From NCBI GenBank assembly GCA_905178155.1, contig CAJINV010000008.1, positions 1,302,001-1,366,000 of the forward strand: a stretch of 64,000 nt of DNA, given 5' to 3'. Source of the stretch: Amoebophrya sp. A120 (lineage: Eukaryota > Protista > Dinoflagellata). The position numbers were made by a program, and so were the translations under genes. Below, piece by piece: positions 25,003-37,767 of this stretch. The notes beneath the pieces were generated by a model. That model worked only from the letters and a program-made list of their open reading frames with translations, was not told where the DNA came from and did no database searches. Numbering within the stretch: position 1 is the stretch's first letter; every line of letters begins with the position of its first letter.

Positions 25003-26829
25003 ATGGCTTCCGCGGACGAGCAAGGTCATGCAACCGGTGTAAGCCCGCCATCCTTCTTCAAAGAGGCACGAGAAGTCGAGAAGTTGAAGGATGTGATGGA
25101 AGCGGTGCAGCAGGAGCAGCAAGAGGAGGCTGCGGAGAATCGGCGCCTCGCCCGTGTTCGAGAAGATGCGGCCGCAGCGGCCGAAAGGGACAGCAGGCCG
25201 GCTGAAGCTAAGGGTCAGGCGAAACCGAAAAGCCAGCCGGCACATCAGCGGCTGCAGGGAAACCCTGCTCGACCTTTATCAGACGGCTTTCGTGGTCGTC
25301 CTCCCATTCCTCGTCGTGGTGATGCTGGCGCTGAGCAACGATCTTCCCGAACACATTCCGCCTCGCTCGCAGGTCGGTCCATTTCACCTCGTTCAGACAC
25401 AGGCCGCGGGGGGTCGGCGCCGGCACGCAATTCGGCTACAACAGCAAGAGCAACTACACGACCATCGTTTCATAGCGACTCGATTCATCTCCGAGCAAGG
25501 CCTTCATCTTTATCTAATGGCCGCTTTCACACGAAGACGGATTACGATTCGTCCGTCAGTGGTACAACTGCAGCAGATCGACGACGACGAGGAGCGGCTG
25601 ATGGAATTGGACATGGGGTAGATCATGCACATGCACCTCAGAGGACTACAGCGCCAAATGCTAGACACGAGGGCAGCAACGCGGCAGGTGCAACTTCGAC
25701 AACGCCTGCAGGTGTTGGTGCGACTTTGGCCGAGGCCGCTTCTTCTGGACCGCCTGTCGCCGCGAATTCAGCGCAGAGTGTGTCCTCTGCTAAAGCTAAA
25801 GGCACTCCATCTACAACTCTGTTGCCTCCTTTCCCGAGGCGAGGAGGATCGGCCGACGCTTCGAGGAGAGGACCATCACCATCAGCCGATGCGAGGACCC
25901 GATTTCCCAGTACAACGGGTTTGCGTGCCCATCATACTGGCGGTTCTGCCTCTCTGGGTAACTCCCGCCGGCCAGCAAACACGGGTCGTCCGTCTTCTCC
26001 ACGAGGACGCGCTGTCAGCAATACAGCTGGCCATGGCCCCCCCGCGCAGGCGCGGGGTACTAGGCAAAGTCAAATGGAGCACGACGCTCCTCGTCCGTTT
26101 GCGCCGCCGGCCGTGCCGCACGGACCAGCAGCAGCTGCAGCAGCAGCAACTGTGAATGTGGCGAAACAACCACCGCGGCAAGACCCTCCGTCTCCACCAT
26201 CTCATCCAACTCACCAAGGCTCTTCTCGCGGTTCAGAATTCGGTTCATCTGGCAAGAGTGTGCATGCGATGAGCGACAACTACCGGATCGCTTCTCCCGC
26301 GGATCGACGCGAGGTTCCGGCAGCAAAGAGTCCGCCCCCGCGATTACCATCTCAATCTCATGGTGCATCAGTGCGGCGGCCGACATCAATTGATGCGCGG
26401 GCTTCCAGCACGCCTCCAAGGGGGCGAAGCACCAGTTCCCCCGCCCGACACAGTCGGCCACCAAGTGCCACCAGTGCAAGTGGGCGTCCTGCTCCTAGTG
26501 CGGGTGTCCATCGTCGCCTCTCTGCAAGGCCAAGCGCAAGTCCCGGAAGCTCAGTACTTGAACAAGAGCAGCACTCATTTCAGAGGAACAGGGGGGACCG
26601 AAGCACCGAGCCAGAGCTTGCCGCTCGTCTGGCGGCCTCCTCTCAACCATCCACTGTCCCCGAGGTTGCCGCTAGTTTCGCGGCTTCCTTGCGACCACGT
26701 TCCCCCGAGCGAGGACTCACGGGACCGCATTTCGGAGCCAGCCCTCCCGCCACCGCTTCAGCCTCAGCGAAAGAGGAGCAAGAGGAAGCAGAGCGAGCAC
26801 TTTCTGATCGCACAACAATTGGTGCGTAA
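25003..26829 (+). CDS. Low-complexity Ser/Arg/Pro/Ala-rich hypothetical protein, probably disordered; may splice further at 26822
   Basis: 630-codon ORF with ATG in an AACATGG context at 25003 and a short coiled-coil-like N-terminal segment. No domain recognised. Confidence 0.6.
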   Translation: MASADEQGHATGVSPPSFFKEAREVEKLKDVMEAVQQEQQEEAAENRRLARVREDAAAAAERDSRPAEAKGQAKPKSQPAHQRLQGNPARPLSDGFRGRPPIPRRGDAGAEQRSSRTHSASLAGRSISPRSDTGRGGSAPARNSATTARATTRPSFHSDSIHLRARPSSLSNGRFHTKTDYDSSVSGTTAADRRRRGAADGIGHGVDHAHAPQRTTAPNARHEGSNAAGATSTTPAGVGATLAEAASSGPPVAANSAQSVSSAKAKGTPSTTLLPPFPRRGGSADASRRGPSPSADARTRFPSTTGLRAHHTGGSASLGNSRRPANTGRPSSPRGRAVSNTAGHGPPAQARGTRQSQMEHDAPRPFAPPAVPHGPAAAAAAATVNVAKQPPRQDPPSPPSHPTHQGSSRGSEFGSSGKSVHAMSDNYRIASPADRREVPAAKSPPPRLPSQSHGASVRRPTSIDARASSTPPRGRSTSSPARHSRPPSATSASGRPAPSAGVHRRLSARPSASPGSSVLEQEQHSFQRNRGDRSTEPELAARLAASSQPSTVPEVAASFAASLRPRSPERGLTGPHFGASPPATASASAKEEQEEAERALSDRTTIGA

Positions 26830-29573
26830 GCACGACAAAATATCACACCAAATCGCATGATGGCGTTCTCTTGTAGTTGTACTCTCGTCGTGTTTCAAGT
26901 GCTGTCGGAGACGGCCTTGTAACGATAACGCTACTAATCATTGCGCACTGTTTTCGAAAATTCCCTCAAGCTGGAACAATCCCAGCTTCATTTCAAGAAA
27001 GCAGTCGCTGTCAGAGCAAGAAGCTGCAACTTTTTAATATTTTTTCTGTGATTCTGATTTTTTGTTTTGCGTGCCAAAAATACTTGAAGATCATGCATTT
27101 TATAATTCATTTTTCAGTCGTCCAATTGCATTTGCATATACATACACGGGCCACAACATTCAGTCCAATGATTTTTTTCGCATTTTAGGTTTGAACTTCG
27201 ATTGACTTACGTTGCTTGTTTCTCTCTCTCTCCTGGTATCCTGATGTTGCAGCTAACTCGCATTTTATGTCTTGAACGTTTTTTTTTTTCCATTTTGCCG
27301 GACAGCTCAGCTGTTTCAGAAGTGGGCGCGGCACTCTGTGGCCTTGAAAGCTTAAGTTTGAAGATGTCCATTTTTTACCCAGTCTTTCTATTTTTTTTTT
27401 GTCTTTACACTTCTTATGTCTTTGCTTTTTGTCTTACACTCAATCTGCCTCACGAGTCGCCGACGCGATTCTTTTTTCGAATATTTTTGCAGCTTGTGCC
27501 TCCAATACTTTATGAGTTTTTTTCTACTTTTGAATGTGAGTAAGTAAGTGAAAGTGAAGCCGGTACTACAGTAACGAAGCTCGTCGTTGCGGCCTGGAGC
27601 AGTATTATGTATAATTTTCAGCCTGTGGCGCATATTTTGATGTTTGTTTTTATTTTTTATCCTTTTTTTCGATTTTTTTCTTTCTCCGAGACTCGTTCTC
27701 TCCTGTTCTTTTTTTTTATGAGATGGCCCATAGATTAGCACTATCATTTATTTTTCTGCTTCGTTTGAAGGTGAGGACTCGTTGCGCAAACAACTCTTTA
27801 AATTCTTTTTGCATAAATCTTTGAAGATTCTTTCATAATTAACGCGGCTTACAATTTGAATTAAAGTTGAGCGATGAATTATGATTAAGTAGCATAAACT
27901 AAAACTACTACTCAATCGCATGCATGATGCTCAGAATCATTCATGAGTATCGACGGATACAAGTGGTGGACGTGGATGATGCTTCAAAAGCAAAGACCGA
28001 CTACATGCAGTTTGCTTTTGGGAAAGTCAAAATGGTTTCAGTTTGATCGTCATCCTCATGGGGATGGTTTGAGCAAAGGCATCAATGCAGGAAGGGGACC
28101 TTGTCCTTGTGTTCTATTCTAATGTTTTTGTCGGCTTTGCTTCACCTCGGACTGGAACACAAAGTTGCACTTGTTTTTTGGCTCGAGTAGTGATCACAAA
28201 GAGCAGGGCGAGTTTGCAACGGAAGAAACAAAAAGGTACTCCTTAAACATTGTCCTTTTCTCAGTGTCGCGCAGTGCAAAGCGCAAGCAGGTGCAAGGTA
28301 CAGCTTGACGACGGTCATGTGACACGCCAGGCGTAGAATCTGTGGCGCAGAGCCGGCGCATAAAATCCCAAACCGTCTTCAACACCGAGGCAAGCCCGTC
28401 CCCCCCGAACCTAGCCCCCCCAGTGCCCCGCCCCACTAAGCCCCAAGCCGTCAGCACCGTTGCAAACCTTCGGTCCCCGGGCGGAGGTGCTGCAAGTCAG
28501 CGCTGACGAATCGCGAAAAGAATTCGGGCACTAGTATGCAGTGCACAAGAGAATGTTGTATATTTCGAGAAGAAGAATTTCAAGAAAAGCTTACTGCTTA
28601 TTACGTTCAAGAAGTGCTCTGTCTTCACGGGAGCCGAGCAGCGATGCCCTTCCCATGGGCGGCGTCCTGGTGTGTTAAACCAACCTGATAGGACGTCACC
28701 CAGTGAGGAGAAGGCAAGGCGTTTTCCGGGAGCATGCTCGGCTTTATGATTGTCATCTCTATTCACGTTTTTCGTCTCATACTCATTCTCGTGCATCGAG
28801 TCTCATCGATATTCTGAGACTAAGTCTGGGCCTTTTCGTCCGCCAAACAGTAGAGCTACTTAGTGATCATTTTATGTTAAATCAATCTTCATACGAGGAA
28901 CAATGATGACGATCCTCAGGAGCCTCACGAAGACGAACCCGATCTCAGTCTCATTTTGATGTAGCTGTACTTGTACTCTTGTTGTGCAGCCAACGAGAAC
29001 ACAAAGACACAACTTCTACGTGTTGATTACAGACCTGAGCTATGAAAGAACTGTTTGAATTGCTCAAGAGCAAGATCAGAAGGACCGGGCTCCATTTCTC
29101 CTCAAGCGAGGAACTTTGAGTTTCTAAGAGTAAGATCCATGTCCTGTGCCACGCATATAATAATTCATACTGATTTTTTATATATGCGCCTTTGACTTTT
29201 TATTGCTCTCCTCGTGCATTTTTCAGTGATGCTGATGTTCTTGGTTTGCAGCCATCGGTCGTTCGCGCCCCACGGTGTAGCTACATCTGATAAGCAGGCA
29301 AGGTTCGTAGCAGGCTCATCAATTTTATAGCTTGTTGAGCATCAAACCCAATTATAGATATTGAGTCTTTATCAAGTGAAGCTGTTTGAAGACTATTCAC
29401 AATTCGCTAACATTCATTGTCGGGAATTTCCTTGACCAACGCACTACAGTTTGTTTCTAAGTACTATGGAACTTCTGTTACTGTAGGTGTAGCCCCACAG
29501 TAATGTCAGTCCATCAGTTTCATCGCCATCCTCATCCTAGTGCACCTTCTCATGCCGGTTTGTTGTTATCGAC

Positions 29574-31547
29574 ATGGACAAGATCCGGAACGATGCCCCG
29601 ACGTGTCTACCACACCAAAACGGCCACGCCATCGAGGAATGCGAGCCCTTGCTGGAGGCAACACAGCTGCAGCTTCGAGCATCAGCCTCCTCGAGACGAG
29701 AAGGCAGAGGCACAAACCAGCCGACTCTTGATCAAACAGCACCAGTATCCGCCGCCGGCCGCGAATATTACGGCGGCGCTCTTCCTCGGGCTAGGGGCAC
29801 GAGCTCCAGCTCCTACGCGACGCGTCGGCCGCCAAAGTTCACTCTGCTTCGCCGTGGAACCACGGGCGGTAGATCAAGTTGTGCTACGAAGAGCAGGGCC
29901 GCAGTACTAGAACACTACACTTACAAGCTGCCTGCCGGAATAAACCGCGAGGAGCAGCCCGACCATGATGTAGCTCGGCGCGGCGAGCGGAGAGCTGCAC
30001 CAGCTGTGCCTGATTACATCGGCTCCATCGCACGTCGACCATCCAGTACCATCACACGTCCCGAGAGTGTTGTGGTTCCACTCAAGCAAGATAAATGTGA
30101 GTGGCGGAGGAACTACATGGACCACAACCACAACGGATTCGCCTTCGCTGGTGCTGGTGGACGAGATAAAAAATATTGTGACGCGGCAGATGAACAAGCT
30201 TGCAGCAAAAACAGCGGTTCGTCGCCGAGTTCATGCCGGTCGTCTGCAGCTGAGCAGGAATACGGCTTGAGCGGATCCTCCTCGTGCATATCCAGTTCCT
30301 CCACGTCACCGCATGGTGCGTCTACGAGCACGTCCTCTTCGACCGCATCACCAAGATTTCTGGTATCCCGAACCGATAAGGAGAAGAACGCAAGCGTCGA
30401 CGCTGACGAGGGCCGCGGTATCCACAGGAGCCTCCTGACGCATCATCCACGACGAGGGACAAAGGCTAGCGGGACCACTCCCACTTCGCCCGAGGACGAA
30501 GCTGCAAAGACGCAGCGTGGAAACAACTGCAGCCGAGAGCAGCAGTCATCAAGCTGCAGCAGATCGGCTTCAACGACTTCCAGTAGAAACAGCTGCAGAA
30601 AAAAAACATCTCCGGCGCGGGCAAGGAGAAGAAAACGACGCACTGTTGGCACCAGAGGGAGGGCGAGGAGTAGTCTTTCCGGGGAACAAGCAGGATCCAA
30701 GGTTTCGGCACGCGAAAAGTCGCACAAGAATTTGAAGTCTTCTGCCACTGCAAGCGAGACGGATGCTGGTGTGCTGGACCACGTTGACTATTCGACGAGA
30801 AACTCGACCAACAAGTGCATCGAGGTGATAACGCTGAAACGGCCTCCCAAGAAGCGCGTGTTTTTGTTTTCCGCCCTCTTTGTTGTGCTAACCGTGATTC
30901 TTGCGATCGCTTTTCACATCGAATGGGCACCGCCAACGGTTGCGCCCCCGGCGAATGGTGCCGGTGTGGTACTACTGGCACCTGCTGGCGCAACCGTTGC
31001 ATTGGGAAACCACGGAGATAAGCTATACAGCAGGGGGGCGAAAAGCGAGGGAGTGCCTCGACCCGCCACTGAACGTAGTACCAAGTTCATTGCTGCCAAC
31101 CCGAGAAGTGGTCGGAGAGCAGGCGGCAAGGATGAAACAAACCGGACTGCGTCGCTTCATCATAGTACACCGCCAAAAATTGGTGCACAAGCAGGTCGAC
31201 GCAACGCTGGTCGCGATCGTACCGGAGCCACGGGAACCCTCCGGTGGAGCAGCGCAGCCCGAGAATTGGACGGGGTTGTGCGGCCCCGGGTCGGTCCTCT
31301 GGTGCAAGAGTTCCTACACGACGATCCTCCCAGCCTAGAGCAAGCGGAACTAGACCGAAGGTGGCGCATCGCGAGACAAGTTTTAGTGGACGCACCCGCG
31401 CGAGAGGAACAACGATTTGCACAAGTCCTTGCCGCAGCGGCGCGTACGAATGCGCAAATTGGTAGACCGCGGGGAGCTGCAACAGCACAGGCAAGCCTGT
31501 CCGCAGGAGCAGTGCCACGTCCTGCACCGAGGGCAGGTCCGACTTGA
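29574..31547 (+). CDS. Hypothetical single-pass membrane protein with a Ser-rich disordered N-terminus
   Basis: 657-aa ORF with a TM segment VFLFSALFVVLTVILAIAFHI preceded by basic KRPPKKR, suggesting type II topology. Confidence 0.65.
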   Translation: MDKIRNDAPTCLPHQNGHAIEECEPLLEATQLQLRASASSRREGRGTNQPTLDQTAPVSAAGREYYGGALPRARGTSSSSYATRRPPKFTLLRRGTTGGRSSCATKSRAAVLEHYTYKLPAGINREEQPDHDVARRGERRAAPAVPDYIGSIARRPSSTITRPESVVVPLKQDKCEWRRNYMDHNHNGFAFAGAGGRDKKYCDAADEQACSKNSGSSPSSCRSSAAEQEYGLSGSSSCISSSSTSPHGASTSTSSSTASPRFLVSRTDKEKNASVDADEGRGIHRSLLTHHPRRGTKASGTTPTSPEDEAAKTQRGNNCSREQQSSSCSRSASTTSSRNSCRKKTSPARARRRKRRTVGTRGRARSSLSGEQAGSKVSAREKSHKNLKSSATASETDAGVLDHVDYSTRNSTNKCIEVITLKRPPKKRVFLFSALFVVLTVILAIAFHIEWAPPTVAPPANGAGVVLLAPAGATVALGNHGDKLYSRGAKSEGVPRPATERSTKFIAANPRSGRRAGGKDETNRTASLHHSTPPKIGAQAGRRNAGRDRTGATGTLRWSSAARELDGVVRPRVGPLVQEFLHDDPPSLEQAELDRRWRIARQVLVDAPAREEQRFAQVLAAAARTNAQIGRPRGAATAQASLSAGAVPRPAPRAGPT

Positions 31548-32998
31548 GATAGGTACTTCCGTTTCTGCGACGAGCTTGCAGCTCTACTCCGCGTCCGCGG
31601 CAATTGCAAGGAGCACAATGGACGTTGAGGATCCGTGTCTTCGTGAGGACGAGGCCGCGGCCTGCTCCTAATTTTCGAAACATGGACTGCGAAAAAGTAG
31701 AATGTGATGAGTAGCTAGTAGTTCTTGTACTGTTTGATTCAAATACTTCTTTCCCACTCCACCAGGGATGGAATCACTATACCGCTCACGAGTGACTCTC
31801 ACCTCCCGTTTCTAGCTAAAAATGCTGATAATGATATATCAACATTTGTGTATATACTCAAAAATAGCTTCACTTATCCTGCTTCATGTGGGAAGATTTT
31901 CACTGATTGAAATCATTATCCACAAAAATCCACCTCGTGAAGTAAGTGAAGCAAATTGGAGCCCACGACTCGACGCATATAATATACCCGATAGATGAAA
32001 ACTACCCTTGCATTGACGAATTTGAATTACATACTCTTTTTCGTGCTAACAAGATACCGACCACGACCTTCACGAAGAAAAAACATTCGACAGCTTGCTC
32101 GGGCTAAAGTTATTATAGCTAAATGTAAGATGTTGTGGACATCTTGACTATCAATGTAATTGGACACCTTTTTTTGAACGCTCCTCCTGTGTTCCTCCTT
32201 CTGTAGTAAGGTGAAGGTCGTCAAACTTGAAGCACTGTTGAGCTGCGAGGCTCAGAAGTCTTCTGAGCTCGGAGCTCCTTAACAGAGCGGGCTAGAAGAT
32301 AGGTTTGTAACTACATTTCGCTAACGGAGCCCGTTGCCGCATCAGGCTGATGCAATCTTGATCGTTCTCGTGCTCTCCAGAAGCAAGCTTCGTGCCTAGA
32401 AGTATAAGATCAGAGAGATATATGTTAGTGGTAAGTAAAAGCTATAGGTAAAGGTATAGCTAGATCGTCGTCTGTTCTCTTCCTTGTGGTCTTGTACGCC
32501 TGAAGTACAACGTACTACAGTTATTCACGAATCTGTGTGTTGCTAGGTCGTGATGTTGTTTCCAGAATGTCGCACTTCTTAGCTTTAGTTCTATCAAGCA
32601 GTGCAGTCGTGGTGTTTTCGTGGATCTGGGAGAAGAGAAGATGCTACGAGACTGAGAAGGAGCGAGGCTTCGCTGAACAAATATGATCGAATGTCCACGA
32701 TGAAATGATACTTTACAATCTGGGAACAAGAAATGGAAATGGTCGCTCGATGAATCTCCATCGTGATCATTGTGGCGGAAATGCCTAGCGTCAAGGATGG
32801 AGCTGCGTTTTCACTTTATCAAATCATCTTCCGGAAGTAGCTATTACGAGCGGGGGCACGCCAATAAAAAGCTAAGTAGAGCTTTAGGGGAATGAGAAAG
32901 AAAAAAAAATCTAAATTCTATATAGGAGTTTCCGCTTCGAGTGCGTATTCGGTGTGAAGTAAAGTTTCACGACTTTTGTTTGATATTGTTTTAGAACC

Positions 32999-33996
32999 AT
33001 GGCACCGAAACAGTCCGCGCGAGGAAAAACGGGAAAGGCTGAGGTATTTTTATCCTTCGACTGTTTATGTTGCTCGACGTGTGCAGATGCAGCGGAGCTC
33101 CTATTTCATGATGCGGATGCCCTTCTTCTATGGTCATAATGATAATCCATTATCCTCCATGGACATGGTGTCTTTCCATGATCATTCTTAGGGCGGCTCT
33201 CCGGGCAGCAAAAAGTCGGGTGGTGGCGGTGGGCCCTCCGCAGATGGTTCGGTTAGTGAGGCGGAACTGCAGGAATTTCGCGAAATCTTTCATCTGATTG
33301 ATAGCGATGGGAGCGGCGAGATTTCGAAAGAGGAACTCGGGAACCTAATTCGCATTCTGGGAATCAAGGTCTCGTCGACAGAGCTACAGCTGATTCTGAA
33401 CGAGATTGGAAGCAGTTCGCAGACGGGGGAAATCGGATTCGAGGACTTCGTAAGAACTATGACATGCAAAATCAGTGCCGACTACACACCTGACGAGGTG
33501 CGACGAAGTTTCGAACTCTTCTCCGAGCACGACGTACAATTTGTTGATTTCCATGGTGCTTTCTAAATAAAATACAAGAGTGGTAGAGTAATGAAGATGA
33601 AGAAGAACAAAAGTAGAATACATCAAGGTAGGAATACGAAAACCAACGAAAATCGCTCGGGAACTTACTATTTTTTCTATGCTAGTCGTATAATTTCAAT
33701 CATCACCCGCAGCAGCAAAAACTTAGATGGCGGGCGAGGAGGAGGACCCTATATTTACTTTGACTAAATATGTTGCGTCCGCTTTGCTTTTGACCACAGA
33801 TCTTCAGGAAACGCCTTCTTGACCAAAAAAACAGGAGAAAGCTCCACCCGGTTGCATCAAATTGGATGACCTGAGCGAGGCCTGCAAGAGGTACGGATCG
33901 GACGGCCGGACGGACATTCAAGAAATCATCAACCGACTACAGACGACAAACAACTATTTCAATTACGACAATTATGTTGCTATGACGATGAAATGA
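32999..33996 (+). CDS. Calmodulin/centrin-like EF-hand protein; exons 32999..33043, 33192..33533, 33835..33996
   Basis: Manual translation gives EAELQEFREIFHLIDSDGSGEISKEELGNLIRILG...IGFEDFVRTM...EVRRSFELF...FNYDNYVAMTMK*. Both introns are GT-AG and phase 0. Absent from the ORF track. Confidence 0.9.
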
Positions 33997-34196
33997 GCTT
34001 ATGCTCTTCATTGAGCTCCTTGCTGTTGAGGACTTGTTTGCAACTACCGGGCAAGACTTTTACCCTTTACCATTTTTTGAGTTCAAGCGTAAAATCAATT
34101 TTTTTGCTTGGCCCGTCTTATTGCTGTTTCGGTTTCAAGGAGGTTGGATTACCCAACAGAAGAATTGTGCAAAAAGAAGCAGAGCACGGAGGGTCC

Positions 34197-34320
34197 TGCA
34201 CGCCGAAGGTAGAAAGATAGCTCGTATAATTTAATTATACGAGCTATCTTTCTACCTTCGGCGTGCAAGTGGAACACAACAACCGCTAATTAAATTAGCG
34301 GTTGTTGTGTTCCACTTGCA
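34197..34320. repeat. Double perfect hairpin with 35-bp and 28-bp arms sharing a TGCA junction
   Basis: 34197-34267 is palindromic around T34232 and 34264-34320 is palindromic around A34292. Confidence 0.95.
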
Positions 34321-35240
34321 AGAACGGCTCTGGTGTGTCGAGAAGTAAGTGTAAGTAAGTTGATTTTTTCCCAGCTCCTCAAGAGAATGCGCTCGATGAC
34401 GAACTAGAGCCATTCGCGTTCACATTTTTCGCGGTTGGCAACTGCAGCATCGGCAGAGTGTGGCTACTTGGTTTTGAAAAAAATGTTTCTCTTAGTATAG
34501 TTTAGCAAGTGCGGGATGTCTCATCTCTTGTAAAGTTGCAGATTCATCGTGATTGATGATCGCGAGACCGAGCCTTTAAGAACATCACCTACACGAGTCG
34601 GATTCGTCGAGAAGCATCGGAAAAAATCGTCACTTTGCTCATTTCGTTTATCGTTTATTCCACAATTAGAAACACGAACGAATAAATTCGTCGCTTTTTT
34701 CAATCGTCTCATCGCTTCACAGGTCTCCTCGTTGTAATGAGTCGAAGAATTATCCACTAGACTTGAAACGCCTGCTCGAGCACCCTCCATTTGTATTCGG
34801 CATTATTTTCGTCAATGTATCGATCCGTCAATATCTATATCGGGCATTATAATATAATATTTTCTTTTGTCGACCCTCACCCTCACCCTGCAAATGGTCC
34901 GGAGATTCATTGTTTTACATGGACAGCATGCGCTTGTGGGTGCGTGTGTGTCAATCGTTGTGGATAATTGGTATGGTCACAGCCAGTTCCTGGTGGCAAA
35001 AATTTTACGATAGGGATGGCATAACGTCTTATTTAGGTCGATGAATATTTATATTGACATCAAATATTTATTTCGGGAGCTGAGATGCACGCGGGGGCGG
35101 GGGCGAGTCGCTCATAAAATCACGTGACACGCTCATAACTCGAACGGGTGCTCCTCGCGGTACCGTCACTACCAACTTTAACGCCATGCTTCTTCGTATC
35201 GGAAGATTCTGTCTGAAAAGTAGTTGAAGAGAGCCACAAC

Positions 35241-37767
35241 ATGGGCCTTCTCAGTTCGTTTCTGACATGCTTTCGGTGCGTTTTTTTCTGCGGCCGAAAG
35301 CGAATTGCGGCATCGGACGAGGGCGGTGACCAGAAGGATCTTGACGAGAACGAGGACGCGGCGTTGGCTTCGGATCACACCTCTAGCGATGACCTGTCCG
35401 ACTCCACCGAAACCAGCACGTCGCGAGGTAAGGTGCATTCCGGAGACGAGTCTACTTCCGACGAGGAACACGTCGTCGCGAAAATTCCACAGAGAATCGT
35501 CAACAAGAAGTTTGAGGTGGCGTTGGATCTGGACCAACGGAGGATCATCCAGGCCTTCTTGAAGGCGCGAAAGAATCACCTTCGAAAATTGATGCTCGAA
35601 GCAAAGAAGAAAGACAGCCGTTCCGAGGAGGATGTCCTTGCCTCTCTTCGGAGGAGCTACGGTAATTCTTGATTTATGGATTGAAAAACGCCTTATCATT
35701 CTTCTTATGAAACAGAAACGCAAACACTCTCATGCTCACTTTTTTGTTTTGTGCTGCCCCGACCCGCTAAAAAAATAAAAAAAGCGGCGTTTTATGATTA
35801 CGACTTTCAGTGAATGAGCATGGTCATATTCAACTACATACCCAAACATCAGACAAGGAGACGAAGAAGATGTTGCGGAAAATCGAACCTTTGACGCAGG
35901 ACCAGCGGCACTGGGCTGGACAGGACATCACCGTCACCACGCGCAGAGACTTTTACGTGTATTACCCGGCCAAGGGTAGCGTCCGCATCGGCAAGTTTAA
36001 GTACCGGATTGGATCTCCGGTGCAGCTTTTTTTAGCTGATGACGGGAAGGCTGGAACCGCAACGAATCCCCGCAATTTTCATCGCGGCCGTCGCGGCACT
36101 TGGGTGGCAGGCGTCGTTACTGCGTACTATTTACTTTTTATCTTTAGTTTTGCTTGGCTTTGGTCGGTGACGGTGTTGTGGTTGGTTTGTTTTGTTTATT
36201 GCCCTTCTGCTTTCATTCTTTCGTGATCGTCTTCGTCGCACAACAAGGAGTTTTGATTGATTTTACCTTTCGCCCGTCCGCCTCGTGTTGCGCTGGTTGG
36301 CCGGAACAACAGTGCCACCGACGAGAAGATGTTGAAACAAATCAAAAGATGAAAGAACTTGTTACAATTCTGTCTACAGTTTCGCCCCTCCTCCCGAGGC
36401 CCCATCCGTCGAAATCCGTACCCTTCGGAACAGCGTGCCGGCGGTTCTTGGCCGCGAAACGGAATACTTTCTGCTGAACAACTTTGAGGCAACCAAGTGT
36501 CTGCGACCCTTCGTTTTCCGGCAACCGCCAATGCAACTCCACGAAACAAAGAATTCGCTTCACCCGCATCGGCAAAAGGGCATGCGCGTGCGAAAATCCG
36601 GTCGAAGTAAAGAAACTCACCTGTCTGCGCGGGTGGGGTCTCAGTTTTCCGCATTTCTTAGCTCGACCGCCAGCTCATTCTTGAGCGGCGGAAGCAGCAA
36701 CAAACATCAAGCACGGCAATTGCAGACCACCGCAAAACGAGAGACCACCGCGAGCTCGGGTTTTTTACCCGAAGACTACCAGCACGCGTCGAGTATTGAT
36801 CAAGAAGACATCATGAACGCGACCGGTGAGCAGGACCGGGGTACGTACGACGGGGCGACCGCGACAGGAATGCTGCGGACGACTGGATTTCGCACGACCA
36901 CCACCAGCACTCACCATCCCGTGCACGACTACTCACCACGACACACCTACCATGCGGGGCCGCGGGAGTCCAAACTGCCGCAGTGGGCTGTCGAGCTGCG
37001 CCGCCCGCTTTCCCTAGTTCGCGACCCCGAAGAAACTGCATTTTACGTCGATCCCGAAAAAGACCCGATTCTCGCTGCATTTGAAGCACAAATGGGAACA
37101 GCAAAGAAAAAGGTACTTACGACTACATCAGGTCTTTCTGTATAAATTTCAATATCAATGTGCAGCTCCTGCAATATAAATATCGTCCAAGGTGGCTGAG
37201 CTCGCTGACGCTACAGCCGCAGCGCGTCGTGTGTTTTATTACGTACGAAATCAAAACGAAAACCAAAACTGACTACATCACAACAACCTTTCTCATCAGT
37301 GGGATGCGGAGCCCGAGCGTCCGGCTTCCGCCTACGACACGGACTTTGTACAGAAAAAAGAGCGGCTCAGCAGTGCAGTGTTCGAGAATGCCGACCTGCA
37401 CTCCGTGCGAACAAGTCCACAACGCCGGTGCGCAGTCGAGGTCGAACTGGCGCGGGCCCAAGAGGGGGAAAAGAAGAAGCCGCACAGCGAGCAGAAGAAA
37501 ATCTCAGAGATCCAGGTGGTGGACAAGAGCGTCGTATCCGTTCTTCCGGTCGCGAGCCTACGGGATATCGCCAGTTTGTCCTCCTCTCCTTCCCCAAAAC
37601 GAGGAGGTGCTGCGAGTAATGCGGCGGAAAGTGCTAATACCACTGAGCGCGGGCACGGATTTTTTCCTTCTAGAATTTATTCCTATGATATCCATAGACC
37701 TGCCGGGGTTTGGCTACGTGATTCTCAGAAAAGCAAATCCGGGCAAAATCCAAGATTTATTTCGTAG
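35241..37767 (+). CDS. Multi-exon hypothetical protein with a possible N-terminal myristoylation/palmitoylation signal
   Basis: Starts MGLLSSFLTCFRCVFFCGRKR (Gly2 plus Cys cluster). Co-oriented blocks 35241-35661, 35811-~36122, ~36435-37112 and ~37378-37767, with a GT-AG intron at 35662..35810. Later junctions are uncertain. Confidence 0.55.

Noticed and set aside
26860-27760. Hydrophobic Phe/Leu-rich ORFs
   Set aside because: They arise from T-rich non-coding sequence.
28176-28187. TTTTGGCTCGAG resembling the 3' end of the dinoflagellate spliced leader
   Set aside because: Only 12 nt with a mismatch, in T-rich sequence and not adjacent to a clear CDS.
28395-28450. C-run cluster that could form a minus-strand G-quadruplex
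   Set aside because: An isolated low-complexity tract with no supporting evidence of function.
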